Positions 7,915 to 17,191 of a stretch of DNA of 24,000 nt are shown piece by piece. The first letter of the stretch is position 1. The number at the start of each line of letters is the position of its first letter. The translations under genes were made by a program, and so were the position numbers. The stretch is from Mycoplasmatota bacterium (GTDB lineage Bacteria > Bacillota_I > Bacilli_A > RF39 > UBA660). The notes beneath the pieces were generated by a model, which ran no database searches, was not told the DNA's origin, and saw only the letters and a program-made list of their open reading frames with translations. Location: positions 1 through 24,000 of the forward strand of contig JAAYGD010000040.1 in assembly GCA_012727915.1 (NCBI GenBank). Reading direction: 5' to 3'.

Positions 7915-8511
7915 ATGCCTAAAAAAACATTTTTCAACTTGCCTGAAAGCAAAAGGAGTCAAGTAATAAATGCTTCAAAAAAAGAATTTAGTAGAGTACC
8001 ATTAGCGAATGCTTTGGTGTCAAATATAATTATAAATGCAAAAATACCTAGAGGAAGTTTTTATCAGTATTTTGATGATATTGAAGATTGTTTTTATTTT
8101 GTAGTAGATGAATATTCAAAAGATATTAAAACTAAGTTGATTAATAATATTAAAGATTTTAATGGTGATATTATTAAATCTTATCATAATCTATTTTTAT
8201 ACATACTTGATATGATGGATGATAATAATAATAAAGCTTATTTTGAGAATTTATTTTTAAATATGAATAGTAAAATTCAAAAAATGTTTACTCCAAATTT
8301 CAATGATGGATTAAATAATATTATAAATATGGTTGATGTTGAAAAATTAAATATTCAAGGAAAATTCTCTTTGGGATATGTTATAGATATAATTGAATCA
8401 TTAATGATTTATAATATAATAGAAACATACAATAGAAATATGTCTAAGGACAAGAAAATAGAAATATTTGAAAAGGAATTGTTGTTAATATCAAGAGGAA
8501 TAGTTAAATAA
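7915..8511 (+). CDS. TetR/AcrR family transcriptional regulator
   Basis: N-terminal HTH region with IINAKIPRGSFYQYFDDIEDCF, typical of TetR_N. The C-terminal region is variable and helical. RBS is AAGGAG. Confidence 0.75.
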   Translation: MPKKTFFNLPESKRSQVINASKKEFSRVPLANALVSNIIINAKIPRGSFYQYFDDIEDCFYFVVDEYSKDIKTKLINNIKDFNGDIIKSYHNLFLYILDMMDDNNNKAYFENLFLNMNSKIQKMFTPNFNDGLNNIINMVDVEKLNIQGKFSLGYVIDIIESLMIYNIIETYNRNMSKDKKIEIFEKELLLISRGIVK

Positions 8512-8516
8512 TGTAT

Positions 8517-8546
8517 AAAAATCAATAAATATTATTGATTTTTTTA
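8517..8546 (+). terminator. intrinsic terminator after the TetR gene
   Basis: ATCAATAA (8521-8528) pairs with TTATTGAT (8532-8539). A/T pairs extend the stem (8517-8520 with 8540-8543), and a T-run follows. This is the first hairpin plus T-tract I can find downstream of position ~450. Confidence 0.4.
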
Positions 8547-8593
8547 TTAATTGTGATATTATTAATCGGTACCTTTTTATAGGAAGTGAAAAA

Positions 8594-10387
8594 ATGAATA
8601 AAATTATTAATATTGCAATTATTGCGCACGTTGATTCTGGAAAATCCACTTTAGTAGATGCCATGTTGAAACAAAGCGGTGTTTTTAGGGAAAACGAAGA
8701 AGTGTTAGAACAAGTTATGGATTCTAATGATTTAGAAAGAGAACGTGGAATAACAATATATTCTAAAAATTGTTCCATAAAATATAAAGATTTAAAAATA
8801 AATATAGTGGATACTCCTGGTCATGCGGATTTTTCTTCTGAAGTTGAGAGAATAATTAAAACTGTAGATACAGTTATTTTATTAGTGGATTCTTCTGAAG
8901 GACCTATGCCTCAAACTAGAGTAGTATTAGAAAAAGCATTAGAAGTAGGAATTAAACCAATCTTATTTATTAATAAAATAGATAAAAAAGATGCAAGAAT
9001 AAAAGAAGTGGTTGATATGTCTTTTGATTTATTTTTAAGTTTGGAAGCTACTGATGAGCAATTGGATTTCCCAATATTTTTTGGAGTAGCAAAAACAGGA
9101 ATTGCAAAGAAAAGTATGGATGATGAAAGCAATAATTTAAACCCTTTATTTGAATATTTGTATAATAAGGTTGAGCCTTTTAAAGGTAATGAAAAAGATC
9201 CTTTGCAAATTCAAATATCTTCATTAGCGTATGATGATTATTTGGGATTATTAACTATAGGAAGAATTTCAAAAGGAATTATAAAACAAGGTGAAACTGT
9301 AGTTTTATGCAATAAAGATTATTGTAAAAATTATAAGATATCAAAATTATTTATTAATGAAGGAATTAAAAAAGTTGAAGTAAAAGAAGCACAATATGGA
9401 GATATTGTTATTGTTGCGGGTATATCAGAAGCTTCTATAGGAGATACTATTTGTTCAATAGATAACATTGATCCTATGGAAAAAATTATGATTGAAGAAC
9501 CAACTTTGTCTGTTAACTTTTTAGTTAATTCATCTCCTTTTGTAGGTAGAAGCGGAAAATTTTTAACAATAAGACACATTAAAGATAGATTAGAAAAAGA
9601 AATAAAGACTAATGTGGGACTTAGAATTGAACCTTTATCAAAGAATGAAGGTTATAAAGTAAGTGGAAAAGGTGAATTACATATTTCTATTTTACTTGAA
9701 ACTATGAGAAGAGAAGGATATGAATTATCTGTATCAAAACCAGAAGTAATATTAAAAGAAAAAGATGGAATATTATATGAACCATTTGAAAGAGTTTATA
9801 TTACTGTTTTAGACACTTATAGTGGAACTATAATTGGGGCATTAAATGAAAGAAAAGGGTTGTTGCAAACTATTCAATCTAATGGAGAATATGCTAAAAT
9901 TGAATATATTGCACCTACTAGAGGTTTATTAGGATATAGAAATATATTTATAAATTCTACTAGAGGTGAGGGTACAATGTTTAGAAGCTTTTTAGAATAT
10001 AGACCATACGTTGGAAATATTACTTCTAGAAAAAATGGAGTATTAGTTTCTATGGAAAACGGAAAAACGATGGGATATTCTCTATGGAACCTTGGAGATA
10101 GAGGAACTCTTTGTGTTGGTCCTTCTGAAGAAGTATATGTTGGTATGATAATAGGAATAAACAATAGAATGGAAGACTTAAATGTTAATCCAAATAAAAA
10201 TAAACAACTTACTAATACAAGATCTTCTTCAAGTGATGACGCTATAGTATTACCTCCTAAAAAAATATTCACTTTAGAAGAAGCATTAGATTTTATTGAA
10301 GATGACGAATTAATTGAAATTACTCCTACTGCTATAAGATTAAGAAAAAAAGAATTAGATCCTAAAAATAGATATAGAAAAAATTAA
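8594..10387 (+). CDS. typA: translational GTPase TypA/BipA
   Basis: G1 AHVDSGKST, G3 DTPGHADF and G4 NKIDK, with length and C-terminal domain typical of BipA. RBS is AGGAAGTG. Confidence 0.92.
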   Translation: MNKIINIAIIAHVDSGKSTLVDAMLKQSGVFRENEEVLEQVMDSNDLERERGITIYSKNCSIKYKDLKINIVDTPGHADFSSEVERIIKTVDTVILLVDSSEGPMPQTRVVLEKALEVGIKPILFINKIDKKDARIKEVVDMSFDLFLSLEATDEQLDFPIFFGVAKTGIAKKSMDDESNNLNPLFEYLYNKVEPFKGNEKDPLQIQISSLAYDDYLGLLTIGRISKGIIKQGETVVLCNKDYCKNYKISKLFINEGIKKVEVKEAQYGDIVIVAGISEASIGDTICSIDNIDPMEKIMIEEPTLSVNFLVNSSPFVGRSGKFLTIRHIKDRLEKEIKTNVGLRIEPLSKNEGYKVSGKGELHISILLETMRREGYELSVSKPEVILKEKDGILYEPFERVYITVLDTYSGTIIGALNERKGLLQTIQSNGEYAKIEYIAPTRGLLGYRNIFINSTRGEGTMFRSFLEYRPYVGNITSRKNGVLVSMENGKTMGYSLWNLGDRGTLCVGPSEEVYVGMIIGINNRMEDLNVNPNKNKQLTNTRSSSSDDAIVLPPKKIFTLEEALDFIEDDELIEITPTAIRLRKKELDPKNRYRKN

Positions 10388-10395
10388 TAGTTAAT

Positions 10396-10420
10396 AAAAA
10401 CTCACATTAAGTGAGTTTTT
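10396..10420. terminator. bidirectional intrinsic terminator shared by convergent typA and lemA
   Basis: AAAAACTCAC (10396-10405), loop ATTAA, then GTGAGTTTTT (10411-10420). The A-run and T-run flanks give a U-tract on either strand. Confidence 0.7.
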
Positions 10421-10976
10421 ATATTTGAAAATCTTTTTCTATATTATCATCTAAATTTTTGTTGTCAAAATATTTTAATTCTTTTAATCTTGATGTTTTT
10501 GAAATAATATTTCCAGGAAATTTCGAATACATTTTCATATATGAAGATATAACATCATTATAATATCTTATTTCTCCCGATAGTTTAATATTAATATCTT
10601 CAATTTTTTCCATTTCAATTTCAAAATCTTTTGTTGAAGTCATCTTCTTTGCGTTTTCTCTTATTTTTATCATCTTATTTTCAAAATCAATTAGAGATCT
10701 ATAAAATTCAAATGAAGTTAATTTGTCTTCTGTAATTTTTTCCATTTTAGTTAAGGTATCTAAATTAATAGCGTCTTTTCCTTTTAAATTAGTATTAAGA
10801 ATTGTTTTAATTTTTGAAAGAATATCGTATTTTTCTCTTAAAGTTTGATCTATTTCAGATTCTGCTTGTTTTTTCTTTAATAGTTTTTCTTTCAAATTAT
10901 TATATATTGTTACATATATAGTGCCTAATAAAGATAATATTAAAATTAAAATTGTAATTATATAAAATAATATCAT
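10419..10976 (-). CDS. lemA: LemA family membrane protein
   Basis: The only convincing minus-strand gene. It has a single N-terminal TM (ILFYIITILILILSLLGTIYV), followed by YNNLKEKLLKKKQAESEIDQTLREKYD, which resembles the LemA core. Length is ~185 aa. RBS AGGTG and a near-consensus promoter lie upstream. Confidence 0.55.
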   Translation of the reverse strand: MILFYIITILILILSLLGTIYVTIYNNLKEKLLKKKQAESEIDQTLREKYDILSKIKTILNTNLKGKDAINLDTLTKMEKITEDKLTSFEFYRSLIDFENKMIKIRENAKKMTSTKDFEIEMEKIEDINIKLSGEIRYYNDVISSYMKMYSKFPGNIISKTSRLKELKYFDNKNLDDNIEKDFQI

Positions 10977-10999
10977 ATATGCACCTACTATCTAAATTT

Positions 11000-11028
11000 A
11001 TTATAACAAAAAGAAACACAATATTCAA
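11000..11028 (-). promoter_or_regulatory. sigma-A-type promoter for lemA
   Basis: Read on the minus strand: -35 TTGAAT (plus-strand 11023-11028), a 17-nt spacer ending in TGT, and -10 TATAAT (plus-strand 11000-11005). This is an extended -10, placed about 25 nt upstream of the lemA ATG. Confidence 0.5.
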
Positions 11029-11059
11029 TTGCTATGATATACTTTATATAGGAGGCATT

Positions 11060-11623
11060 ATGAATATTAAAATAGGAGTTTCTGCAAGGCATATGCACAT
11101 AACAAAAGAAGATTTGGAATATTTCTTTGGTGAAGGTTTTGAACTAGAACCAGATAAATATTTATCACAAGAAGGAGAATATGCTTCTAAGACTAAATTA
11201 AAAGTTAAAGGTCCAAAAGGAGAATTAACTGTTAGAATACTGGGACCTATAAGAGAATATACGCAAATTGAAATAAGTAAAACAGATGCATTTACTATAG
11301 GCGTTAACCCTCCTGTAAGAAATTCTGGAGATTTAGAGGGTTCTCATCCTATAATATTAACAGATGGTTCAAAAGAGTTATATAAAGATAAGGGATGCAT
11401 AATTGCAACTCGTCACATTCACTTAAGTAATGAAGAATTAATAAAATATAATTTTACTGAAGGAGAATTAGTAAAAGTTAAAGTAGGTGGAGAAAAAGGC
11501 GGTATATTATATAATGTTCATGTAAAGGCAGAAGATACATTTTCTTTAGAGTTGCATATAGATACTGATGATGCGAACGCTAATTTAATTAATAATGGAG
11601 ATATAGGAGAAATTATAAGATGA
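11060..11623 (+). CDS. pduL: phosphate acyltransferase PduL (PTAC family)
   Basis: Start at ATG 11060 after GGAGG; the ORF-track start at 10979 would run through the divergent promoter region. Duplicated PduL motifs are GVSARHMHI and IATRHIHLS, with HIDTDDANA near the C-terminus. There is no N-terminal extension before the first repeat. Confidence 0.85.
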   Translation: MNIKIGVSARHMHITKEDLEYFFGEGFELEPDKYLSQEGEYASKTKLKVKGPKGELTVRILGPIREYTQIEISKTDAFTIGVNPPVRNSGDLEGSHPIILTDGSKELYKDKGCIIATRHIHLSNEELIKYNFTEGELVKVKVGGEKGGILYNVHVKAEDTFSLELHIDTDDANANLINNGDIGEIIR

Positions 11624-11841
11624 ATGAATTTAAAACTTGTAATATTTGTAAAGGTTTTGATGGGAATTTATTGGCTGAAAAATTAAAGGAAATAGATCCA
11701 AATGCAATAATTGATGTTAAATGTCAAAGTATGTGTGCTATTGGAGCTAAGAGACCTTTTGTAATAGTAAATGGGATTCCTTTAATCGATGATAATATAG
11801 ATTCTTTAATAGTAAAAGTTAAAAATATGATGAGGAATTGA
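11620..11841 (+). CDS. DUF1450 (YuzB-like) small four-cysteine protein
   Basis: 73 aa. Motifs TCNIC and VKCQSMCAIG followed by VNG resemble the YuzB/DUF1450 pattern. Its ATG overlaps the pduL TGA (ATGA, 11620-11623). Confidence 0.55.
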   Translation: MNEFKTCNICKGFDGNLLAEKLKEIDPNAIIDVKCQSMCAIGAKRPFVIVNGIPLIDDNIDSLIVKVKNMMRN

Positions 11842-11868
11842 GAAATCAATTCTTTTTAATGAGGGTTT

Positions 11869-12822
11869 ATGTGGAAAATAGGAAATGTAGAAATTAGCAA
11901 TAAAGTTGTGCTTGCGCCAATGGCGGGAGTATGTAATAGTGCATTTAGAAGAATAATCAAAGAAATGGGATGCGGTTTAATATATGCGGAAATGATTAAC
12001 AATAAAGCGCTTGTTTTTAATAATAAAAAAACTAATGATATGCTTTTTATGACTGATTTTGAAAGACCTATTGTTCAACAAATATTTGGAAGTGATAAAG
12101 AGTCTTTTGCAGAAGCCGCAAAAATAGTGTATGAAAAAATGAAACCAGATATTATAGATATTAATATGGGGTGTCCAGTTCCAAAGGTTGCGCTTAGAGC
12201 TCAAGCTGGAGCCGCATTATTAAAAGATATTGATAAGATATATGATATTGTGTCATCTGTAGTAAAAAGTGTTCCTGTACCAGTAACAGTAAAAATAAGA
12301 AGTGGTTGGGATAATAAGAGCATTAATGCTATTGAAGTTGCAAAAACTTGTGAAAAAGCTGGAGCAAGCGCTATATGTGTTCACCCTAGAACCAGAAGTC
12401 AAGGCTATGAAGGGTTTTCAAATTGGAATATTATAAAAGAAGTAAAAGATAGTGTATCAATACCTGTTATAGGTAATGGAGATATAAAGACATTTGAAGA
12501 TGCTTATAAAATGTTAGAAGAAACAAAATGTGATGCAATAATGATAGGAAGAGGAGCGCTTGGTAATCCATGGTTGATAAAAGAAATTTTAAATATGAAA
12601 AAGGAAATAGTAACCAATAAAGACAAACTAAATATGTGTTTAAAACATTTTGAATATTTATTAGAAATAAAAAGTGAGAAACTATCTTTATTAGAAATTA
12701 GAACGCATGTTGGTTGGTATATAAAAGGAATTCCAAATGGAAATCAAATAAAAAAAGAAATTTATATGGTTAAAAATAAAAAAGAATTTTATGACTTAAT
12801 TCATAAATATTTACTTAATTAA
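11869..12822 (+). CDS. dusB: tRNA-dihydrouridine synthase
   Basis: LAPMAGVCNSAFR, DINMGCPVPKV (catalytic Cys) and GNGDI...MIGRGALGNPW. Its position immediately upstream of lysS matches Bacillus-type synteny. Confidence 0.9.
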   Translation: MWKIGNVEISNKVVLAPMAGVCNSAFRRIIKEMGCGLIYAEMINNKALVFNNKKTNDMLFMTDFERPIVQQIFGSDKESFAEAAKIVYEKMKPDIIDINMGCPVPKVALRAQAGAALLKDIDKIYDIVSSVVKSVPVPVTVKIRSGWDNKSINAIEVAKTCEKAGASAICVHPRTRSQGYEGFSNWNIIKEVKDSVSIPVIGNGDIKTFEDAYKMLEETKCDAIMIGRGALGNPWLIKEILNMKKEIVTNKDKLNMCLKHFEYLLEIKSEKLSLLEIRTHVGWYIKGIPNGNQIKKEIYMVKNKKEFYDLIHKYLLN

Positions 12823-12855
12823 TAAATTAGTATAAAATGTATATAGGGAGTCGTT

Positions 12856-14346
12856 ATGGAAGAATTGACAGAACAAGAACTTGTAAGAAGAGATAAAATG
12901 AATAAATTGATTCAAAAGGGAATTGAACCTTTTGGTTGCGCTTATGAAATAACTCATAATTCTAAAGAAATAAAAGAAAATTATGAGGTTTTTAGTAATG
13001 AGGAATTAGAGGAAAAAAATATAAAAGTATCTATTGCTGGAAGAATAATGACAAAAAGAATAAAAGGTAAAGCCGGATTTATGCATATTCAAGATAAGTT
13101 TGGTCAAATACAAATATATTTAAAAATTGACAATATCGGAGAAGAAAGCTATGAATTGTTTGATGATGCAGATATTGGAGATATAGTTGGTATTAAAGGA
13201 AGTGTTTTTAGAACTCATATGGGAGAGTTAAGTATAAAAGCTTATGAATATACTCATTTGGTTAAGGCATTGAAACCATTACCTGAGAAATTTCATGGAT
13301 TAATAGATATTGAAGAAAGATTTAGAAAAAAATATTTAGACTTAATTATGAATGAGGATTCAAGAAAAATAGCGTTTATAAGACCAAAAGTAATAAGAAG
13401 TATTCAAAATTATTTGGATTCAAATGGATATGTTGAAGTTGAAACTCCAATACTTGCTAATGTATCTAGTGGAGCAACTGCAAAACCATTTGTTACTCAC
13501 CATAATACTTTAGATCAAGATATGTATTTAAGAATTGCAACTGAAATTCCTTTGAAAAAACTTATTGTAGGAGGAATGGATGCTGTATATGAAATAGGAA
13601 GACTATTTAGAAATGAAGGAATGGATAGAAACCATAATCCTGAATTCACTTCAGTTGAAATATATAAAGCTTATAGTGATTTATCTGGAATGATGAATTT
13701 ATGTGAAAATCTTATAAAGAAAGTACTTATGGATATAAATGGTTCATATGAATTAGAATGGAAAGGGCATTTATTAGATTTTTCAAAACCATTTAAAAGA
13801 ATAAGTATGGTAGATATAATAAGAGAAAATACAGGAATAGATTTCTTAAAAATAAAAGATTTAAATGAAGCAGTTAAAATTGCAAAAGAACATGATATAA
13901 TTATAGAGAAGCATTTTAAGATTGGACATATTATCAATGAGTTTTTTGAAAAATATTGTGAAGACAAATTGATTGAACCAACGTTCTTATATGGACATCC
14001 AATAGAAATAACTACACTCGCTAAAAAATCTAAAGATCCAAGATTTACTGAAAGATTTGAATTGTTTATATGTGGATCCGAGTATGGAAACGCATATAGT
14101 GAATTGAATGATCCGATAGACCAAAGAGAGAGATTAGAAGTTCAAATTAAAGAAAAAGAACTTGGAAATGAAGAAGCTGAAGGAATAGATTTTGATTTCC
14201 TAAATGCTTTAGAACATGGTATGCCACCAACTGGTGGAATTGGTATTGGTATTGACAGATTAGTAATGTTAGTTACAAAGTCTGAAAATATAAGGGAAAT
14301 AATTTTGTTCCCACATATGAAAAACAAAAAAATAGGAGGAGAGTAA
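12856..14346 (+). CDS. lysS: lysine--tRNA ligase (class II)
   Basis: Motif 2 FRNEGMDRNHNPEFT and motif 3 GIGIGIDRLVM, with an N-terminal OB-fold region. Length is 496 aa. RBS is AGGGAG. Confidence 0.95.
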   Translation: MEELTEQELVRRDKMNKLIQKGIEPFGCAYEITHNSKEIKENYEVFSNEELEEKNIKVSIAGRIMTKRIKGKAGFMHIQDKFGQIQIYLKIDNIGEESYELFDDADIGDIVGIKGSVFRTHMGELSIKAYEYTHLVKALKPLPEKFHGLIDIEERFRKKYLDLIMNEDSRKIAFIRPKVIRSIQNYLDSNGYVEVETPILANVSSGATAKPFVTHHNTLDQDMYLRIATEIPLKKLIVGGMDAVYEIGRLFRNEGMDRNHNPEFTSVEIYKAYSDLSGMMNLCENLIKKVLMDINGSYELEWKGHLLDFSKPFKRISMVDIIRENTGIDFLKIKDLNEAVKIAKEHDIIIEKHFKIGHIINEFFEKYCEDKLIEPTFLYGHPIEITTLAKKSKDPRFTERFELFICGSEYGNAYSELNDPIDQRERLEVQIKEKELGNEEAEGIDFDFLNALEHGMPPTGGIGIGIDRLVMLVTKSENIREIILFPHMKNKKIGGE

Positions 14347-14347
14347 T

Positions 14348-15712
14348 ATGAAAAACAAAAAATTAGTAAAATCATTAATGTTAATTTTGTTAATAGTGAT
14401 AGGATTAACTTGGTTGATACCTGGAACTATAACAAATCAAGAGACAGGAGCATTAGAGTTAAGCTTATTAAAACCTCAAGGATTATTAAGTGTTTTTGGA
14501 TCATTTGATATTTCTGCACAATATTTTTTCCAAAATTCATTAATAGTTTTATTTGTAGGAATATTTTATGGAGTAATAAATAAAACTGGAGCTTATAAAG
14601 AATTGATAGAAAAAATTGCATCAAAACTAAAGAAAAAGAAAGAATTGTTTTTAGTATTGACAATAATATTCTTTATATTATTTACAGCATTAACTAATGT
14701 ATATTTCTTAATGTTCTTATTTGTTCCTTTCTTTATGAGTATTCTAAGAGAAATGGGATATAACAAGAATGTATTATTGTTATCTACTGTAGGTTCAGTT
14801 TTAATAGGGTTTAGTTCTCAAATAATGAATAGTATGTTTGTAAAAACTGTTGCAGCAGAAGGTAACCCTTATTTATGGGTTAAAATTGGAGTATTGTTAA
14901 TATATATGGCATTAACAGTATTATATGCTCTTAAATTTTCAAAAGAAAAAGAAAAGGAAGAAGAATTTTTTGAATTATCAAAAAGAACTGGTAAGAATAT
15001 AAATACTAAACCATTTATGCTTAAAATAGTATTAATTGTATTTTTTATATTTTTCTTACTAGGATTTGTACCTTGGAATTTACCGTTTTTATCTACTATG
15101 CATACTTCTATAATGAATTTAAAAATTGGTCAATTTGCAATATTTGGTAACATCTTTGGAACCTTTAACCAATTTGGTTCTTGGTGGACAAGCGAATTAT
15201 ATACAATAATTATTTCAACTATAATTTTATTGGCATTCTTATATAAGTTGTCATTTGATGAATTTATAGATGGTGTTGTTGAAGGTATAAAGAAGTTTAT
15301 GGTGCCAGCATTCTTAGTAGGATTAATGACATTAGTAACTATATTTGCAATTAACTCAGGATTTGTTGGAACTATATTAAAGTTTATAGTATCTTCAGGT
15401 AATGCGGCTTTGATTGCATTAGGAAATATGATTACTAATCCAATAATTGCTGATCCATTTTATATTTCTAATTATTCTATGACAATGGTATTATCTGCAA
15501 TAAATAGTCCAAATCCACAACAAATTGCATATATTACACAAGTAATGTATGGAGCAGTTATGTTGTTGATTCCAACTAGTTCAATAATGATTGCAGGTTT
15601 AGCATTTACTGAAAAAGATTATAAGAGTTGGTTTAAGTATATTTGGAAATTTGCACTTGTTTTAATTGCATTAGCATTTATTGCAATTATAATTACAACT
15701 TTGATTAAATAA
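14348..15712 (+). CDS. YfcC/DcuC-superfamily polytopic transporter (substrate unknown)
   Basis: 454 aa with more than 10 hydrophobic helices. The N-terminal LTWLIPGT and ...FVGIFYGVINKTGAYKELIEKI resemble YfcC-family proteins. The ATG lies 1 nt after the lysS stop. Confidence 0.55.
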   Translation: MKNKKLVKSLMLILLIVIGLTWLIPGTITNQETGALELSLLKPQGLLSVFGSFDISAQYFFQNSLIVLFVGIFYGVINKTGAYKELIEKIASKLKKKKELFLVLTIIFFILFTALTNVYFLMFLFVPFFMSILREMGYNKNVLLLSTVGSVLIGFSSQIMNSMFVKTVAAEGNPYLWVKIGVLLIYMALTVLYALKFSKEKEKEEEFFELSKRTGKNINTKPFMLKIVLIVFFIFFLLGFVPWNLPFLSTMHTSIMNLKIGQFAIFGNIFGTFNQFGSWWTSELYTIIISTIILLAFLYKLSFDEFIDGVVEGIKKFMVPAFLVGLMTLVTIFAINSGFVGTILKFIVSSGNAALIALGNMITNPIIADPFYISNYSMTMVLSAINSPNPQQIAYITQVMYGAVMLLIPTSSIMIAGLAFTEKDYKSWFKYIWKFALVLIALAFIAIIITTLIK

Positions 15713-15717
15713 TTATT

Positions 15718-15776
15718 AAAGAATTGAATATTTTGTATGTTAATAGTGCTACATTGTATTTTCAATTCTTTTTTAT
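15718..15776 (+). terminator. hairpin with T-run after the YfcC-like transporter gene
   Basis: AAAGAATTGAA (15718-15728) pairs with TTCAATTCTTT (15761-15771) and is followed by TTTTT. The loop is unusually large (32 nt). Confidence 0.4.
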
Positions 15777-15804
15777 TTGTGATAAAATATATTGAGAGGT
15801 TAAT

Positions 15805-17190
15805 ATGAAGTTATATAATACTTTGACAAAACAAATTGAAGAATTTATACCTAATGAAAAAGGTATAGTAAAAATGTATACTTGCGGTCCAACAGTGTAT
15901 CATTTTGCGCATATTGGAAATCTTAGAACCTATATTTTTGAAGACATTTTAGAAAAATCATTAACATATCTTGGATATAAAGTTGATAGGGTAATGAATA
16001 TTACTGATGTTGGTCATCTTCAAAGTGATGGAGATGTAGGTGAAGATAAAATGTTGATTGGCGCTAAAAGAGAAGGAAAAACAGTATATGAAATTGCAGA
16101 TTTTTATACAAATGCTTTTTTTGATGATGCTCAAAAATTAAATATAAAAAAACCAAATATAATAAAAAAAGCATCAGATCAAATTGAACACTATATAAAA
16201 ATTATTACTGATTTGATTAACAAAGATTATGCATATATTTCTAATGGGAATGTTTATTTTGATATTAGCAAAGCTAAAGATTATTATAAATTATCTGGAA
16301 AAAAGGAAGAAGAGTTAATAATTGGCGCTAGAGATGATGTTACTATCGATGAATCAAAAAGAAATCCATTTGATTTTGTTTTGTGGTTTACCAAATCGAA
16401 ATTTGAAAATCAAGCTATGATCTGGGATTCACCTTGGGGAAGAGGATATCCTGGTTGGCATATAGAATGTTCTACTATAGCAAGCACTACTCTTGGAGAG
16501 TATTTAGATATTCATTGTGGAGGGGTTGATAACATCTTTCCACATCATACAAATGAAATAGCGCAAAGTGAAGCATATTTAGGACACAAATGGTGTAATT
16601 ATTGGATACATGGTGAACATTTAAATGATATTAGTGGTAAAATGGCTAAGTCTAAAGGAGAATTTCTTACTATTAGCTTATTAATTAATAAAGGATACAA
16701 TCCTTTAGCGTATAGGTTTATGTGTTTGCAATCTCATTATAGGAAACAGCTATTATTTACTTATGAATCCCTTGATATAGCTTCTCAATCATATAATAAA
16801 TTAAAATCTAAAATAAATAGTTTAAAAAAAGAAGCTACTAATTTAAATTTAGAAGTTATTGATATGTATAAAAATAAATTTAAAGAAGCTCTTGAAGATA
16901 ATTTAAATACTTCTAATGCTTTAACTGTTTTGTTTGATGTATTAAAAGATGAAGTGTTAGATGATTATAATAAATTAGTTATAATTGAAGATTTTGATAG
17001 GGTATTATCGTTAGATTTAACTTTAAAAGATAACAATATTCCTAAAGAAATAGAAGATTTAGTAAATGAAAGAAATATTGCAAAAACTAATAAAGATTTT
17101 AGTAAATCTGATGAAATAAGAGATAAATTATTGAGTATGGGTTATACTATAAAAGATACTAGAGATGGAACAATTGTAGAAAGGAGATAA
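15805..17190 (+). CDS. cysS: cysteine--tRNA ligase
   Basis: HIGH motif FAHIGNLRT, KMSKS motif GKMAKSKG, and WHIECS zinc/cysteine-binding region. Length is 461 aa. Confidence 0.95.
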   Translation: MKLYNTLTKQIEEFIPNEKGIVKMYTCGPTVYHFAHIGNLRTYIFEDILEKSLTYLGYKVDRVMNITDVGHLQSDGDVGEDKMLIGAKREGKTVYEIADFYTNAFFDDAQKLNIKKPNIIKKASDQIEHYIKIITDLINKDYAYISNGNVYFDISKAKDYYKLSGKKEEELIIGARDDVTIDESKRNPFDFVLWFTKSKFENQAMIWDSPWGRGYPGWHIECSTIASTTLGEYLDIHCGGVDNIFPHHTNEIAQSEAYLGHKWCNYWIHGEHLNDISGKMAKSKGEFLTISLLINKGYNPLAYRFMCLQSHYRKQLLFTYESLDIASQSYNKLKSKINSLKKEATNLNLEVIDMYKNKFKEALEDNLNTSNALTVLFDVLKDEVLDDYNKLVIIEDFDRVLSLDLTLKDNNIPKEIEDLVNERNIAKTNKDFSKSDEIRDKLLSMGYTIKDTRDGTIVERR

Positions 17191-17191
17191 T

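Noticed and set aside
15713-15804. Possible T-box or riboswitch leaders upstream of cysS (and of lysS at 12823-12855).
   Set aside because: The gaps are only 92 nt and 33 nt, far shorter than a T-box leader of roughly 200 nt or more. I found no specifier-loop or T-box consensus. The cysS gap is mostly taken up by the terminator hairpin of the preceding gene.
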